From Yuukianura sp. NJ FZ-2021 (Eukaryota): 64,000 bases of DNA. Position numbers and translations under genes: made by a program. The stretch covers positions 4,526,001-4,590,000 of the forward strand of contig CM102289.1 in NCBI GenBank assembly GCA_046563655.1, given 5' to 3'. Every line of letters begins with the position of its first letter. The first letter of the stretch is position 1. Positions 63,659 through 64,000 of this stretch are shown piece by piece. The notes below the pieces were generated by a model that saw nothing but the letters and a program-made list of their open reading frames with translations, did no database searches and had not been told where the DNA came from.

Positions 63659-63797
63659 TAAGAAAATCAGTTCACGATTAATTGAAAACACGACAAAACT
63701 CAACACACCAACATAACAGATGTTGACTGTTTTGCCTTTGCCTGTGTGTTGATGTTATTTAGGTAACTATGGTTGAGGTAAGGTTTAACGAGCGCCG

Positions 63798-63992
63798 TTG
63801 TAGCCTCACAGTGTAGCCGCTGGCGCCCATCTCGAGTGGCTACAATGGGTTAGTGGAAAATTTTGCCTTCTAGCCCTAGCCACCATATTGTAGCCGCACT
63901 TGCTAAATAATGCTGGTAACACTGTTTAAAAATTTGCAACACTGTCAGTGGCGGCACACGAGATTATCTCACGGGTAGCTACAAATGTTGCC
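63798..63992. repeat. Cluster of TGTAGCC/GGCTACA motifs upstream of COG8
   Basis: TGTAGCC at ~63799, ~63812 and ~63889, GGCTACA at ~63838, variants GTAGCTACA and TGTTGCCG near 63975-63992. Confidence 0.4.
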
Positions 63993-64000
63993 GCTCAAGC

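Noticed and set aside
1..64000. Prokaryotic systems (CRISPR arrays, operons, intact transposase or reverse transcriptase)
   Set aside because: The sequence is intron-containing eukaryotic DNA; no repeat-spacer array or intact mobile-element ORF was seen.

Overview
Eukaryotic (animal, most likely arthropod/hexapod; this is inference) genomic DNA, AT-rich, with GT-AG spliceosomal introns. All gene models were assembled by eye from ORF fragments and splice sites. The first ~18 kb is a compact cluster with short introns: an unknown membrane protein, CLPTM1, an RNF8-like RING-only gene, a tubby-family gene, an RNF8-like FHA-RING E3, FRMD8, and two intron-containing tRNA genes (Lys-UUU, Val-UAC). 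From ~19 to 60 kb genes have longer introns: a ~1430-aa NACHT-LRR (NLR-like) gene, a secreted chitin-binding (peritrophin-like) protein, an ISG12/IFI27-family protein, legumain, and an unrecognised secreted precursor with dibasic sites. COG8 ends the window. The most notable observations are an NLR / chitin-binder / ISG12 / legumain block resembling an innate-immune locus, tRNA introns in isoacceptors where animals rarely have them, a compact H-type pseudoknot in a legumain intron, a G-U-biased intergenic long hairpin, an RNF8-derived RING paralogue sharing an intron position and carrying an X-box-like site, and two perfect DR1 elements in legumain.
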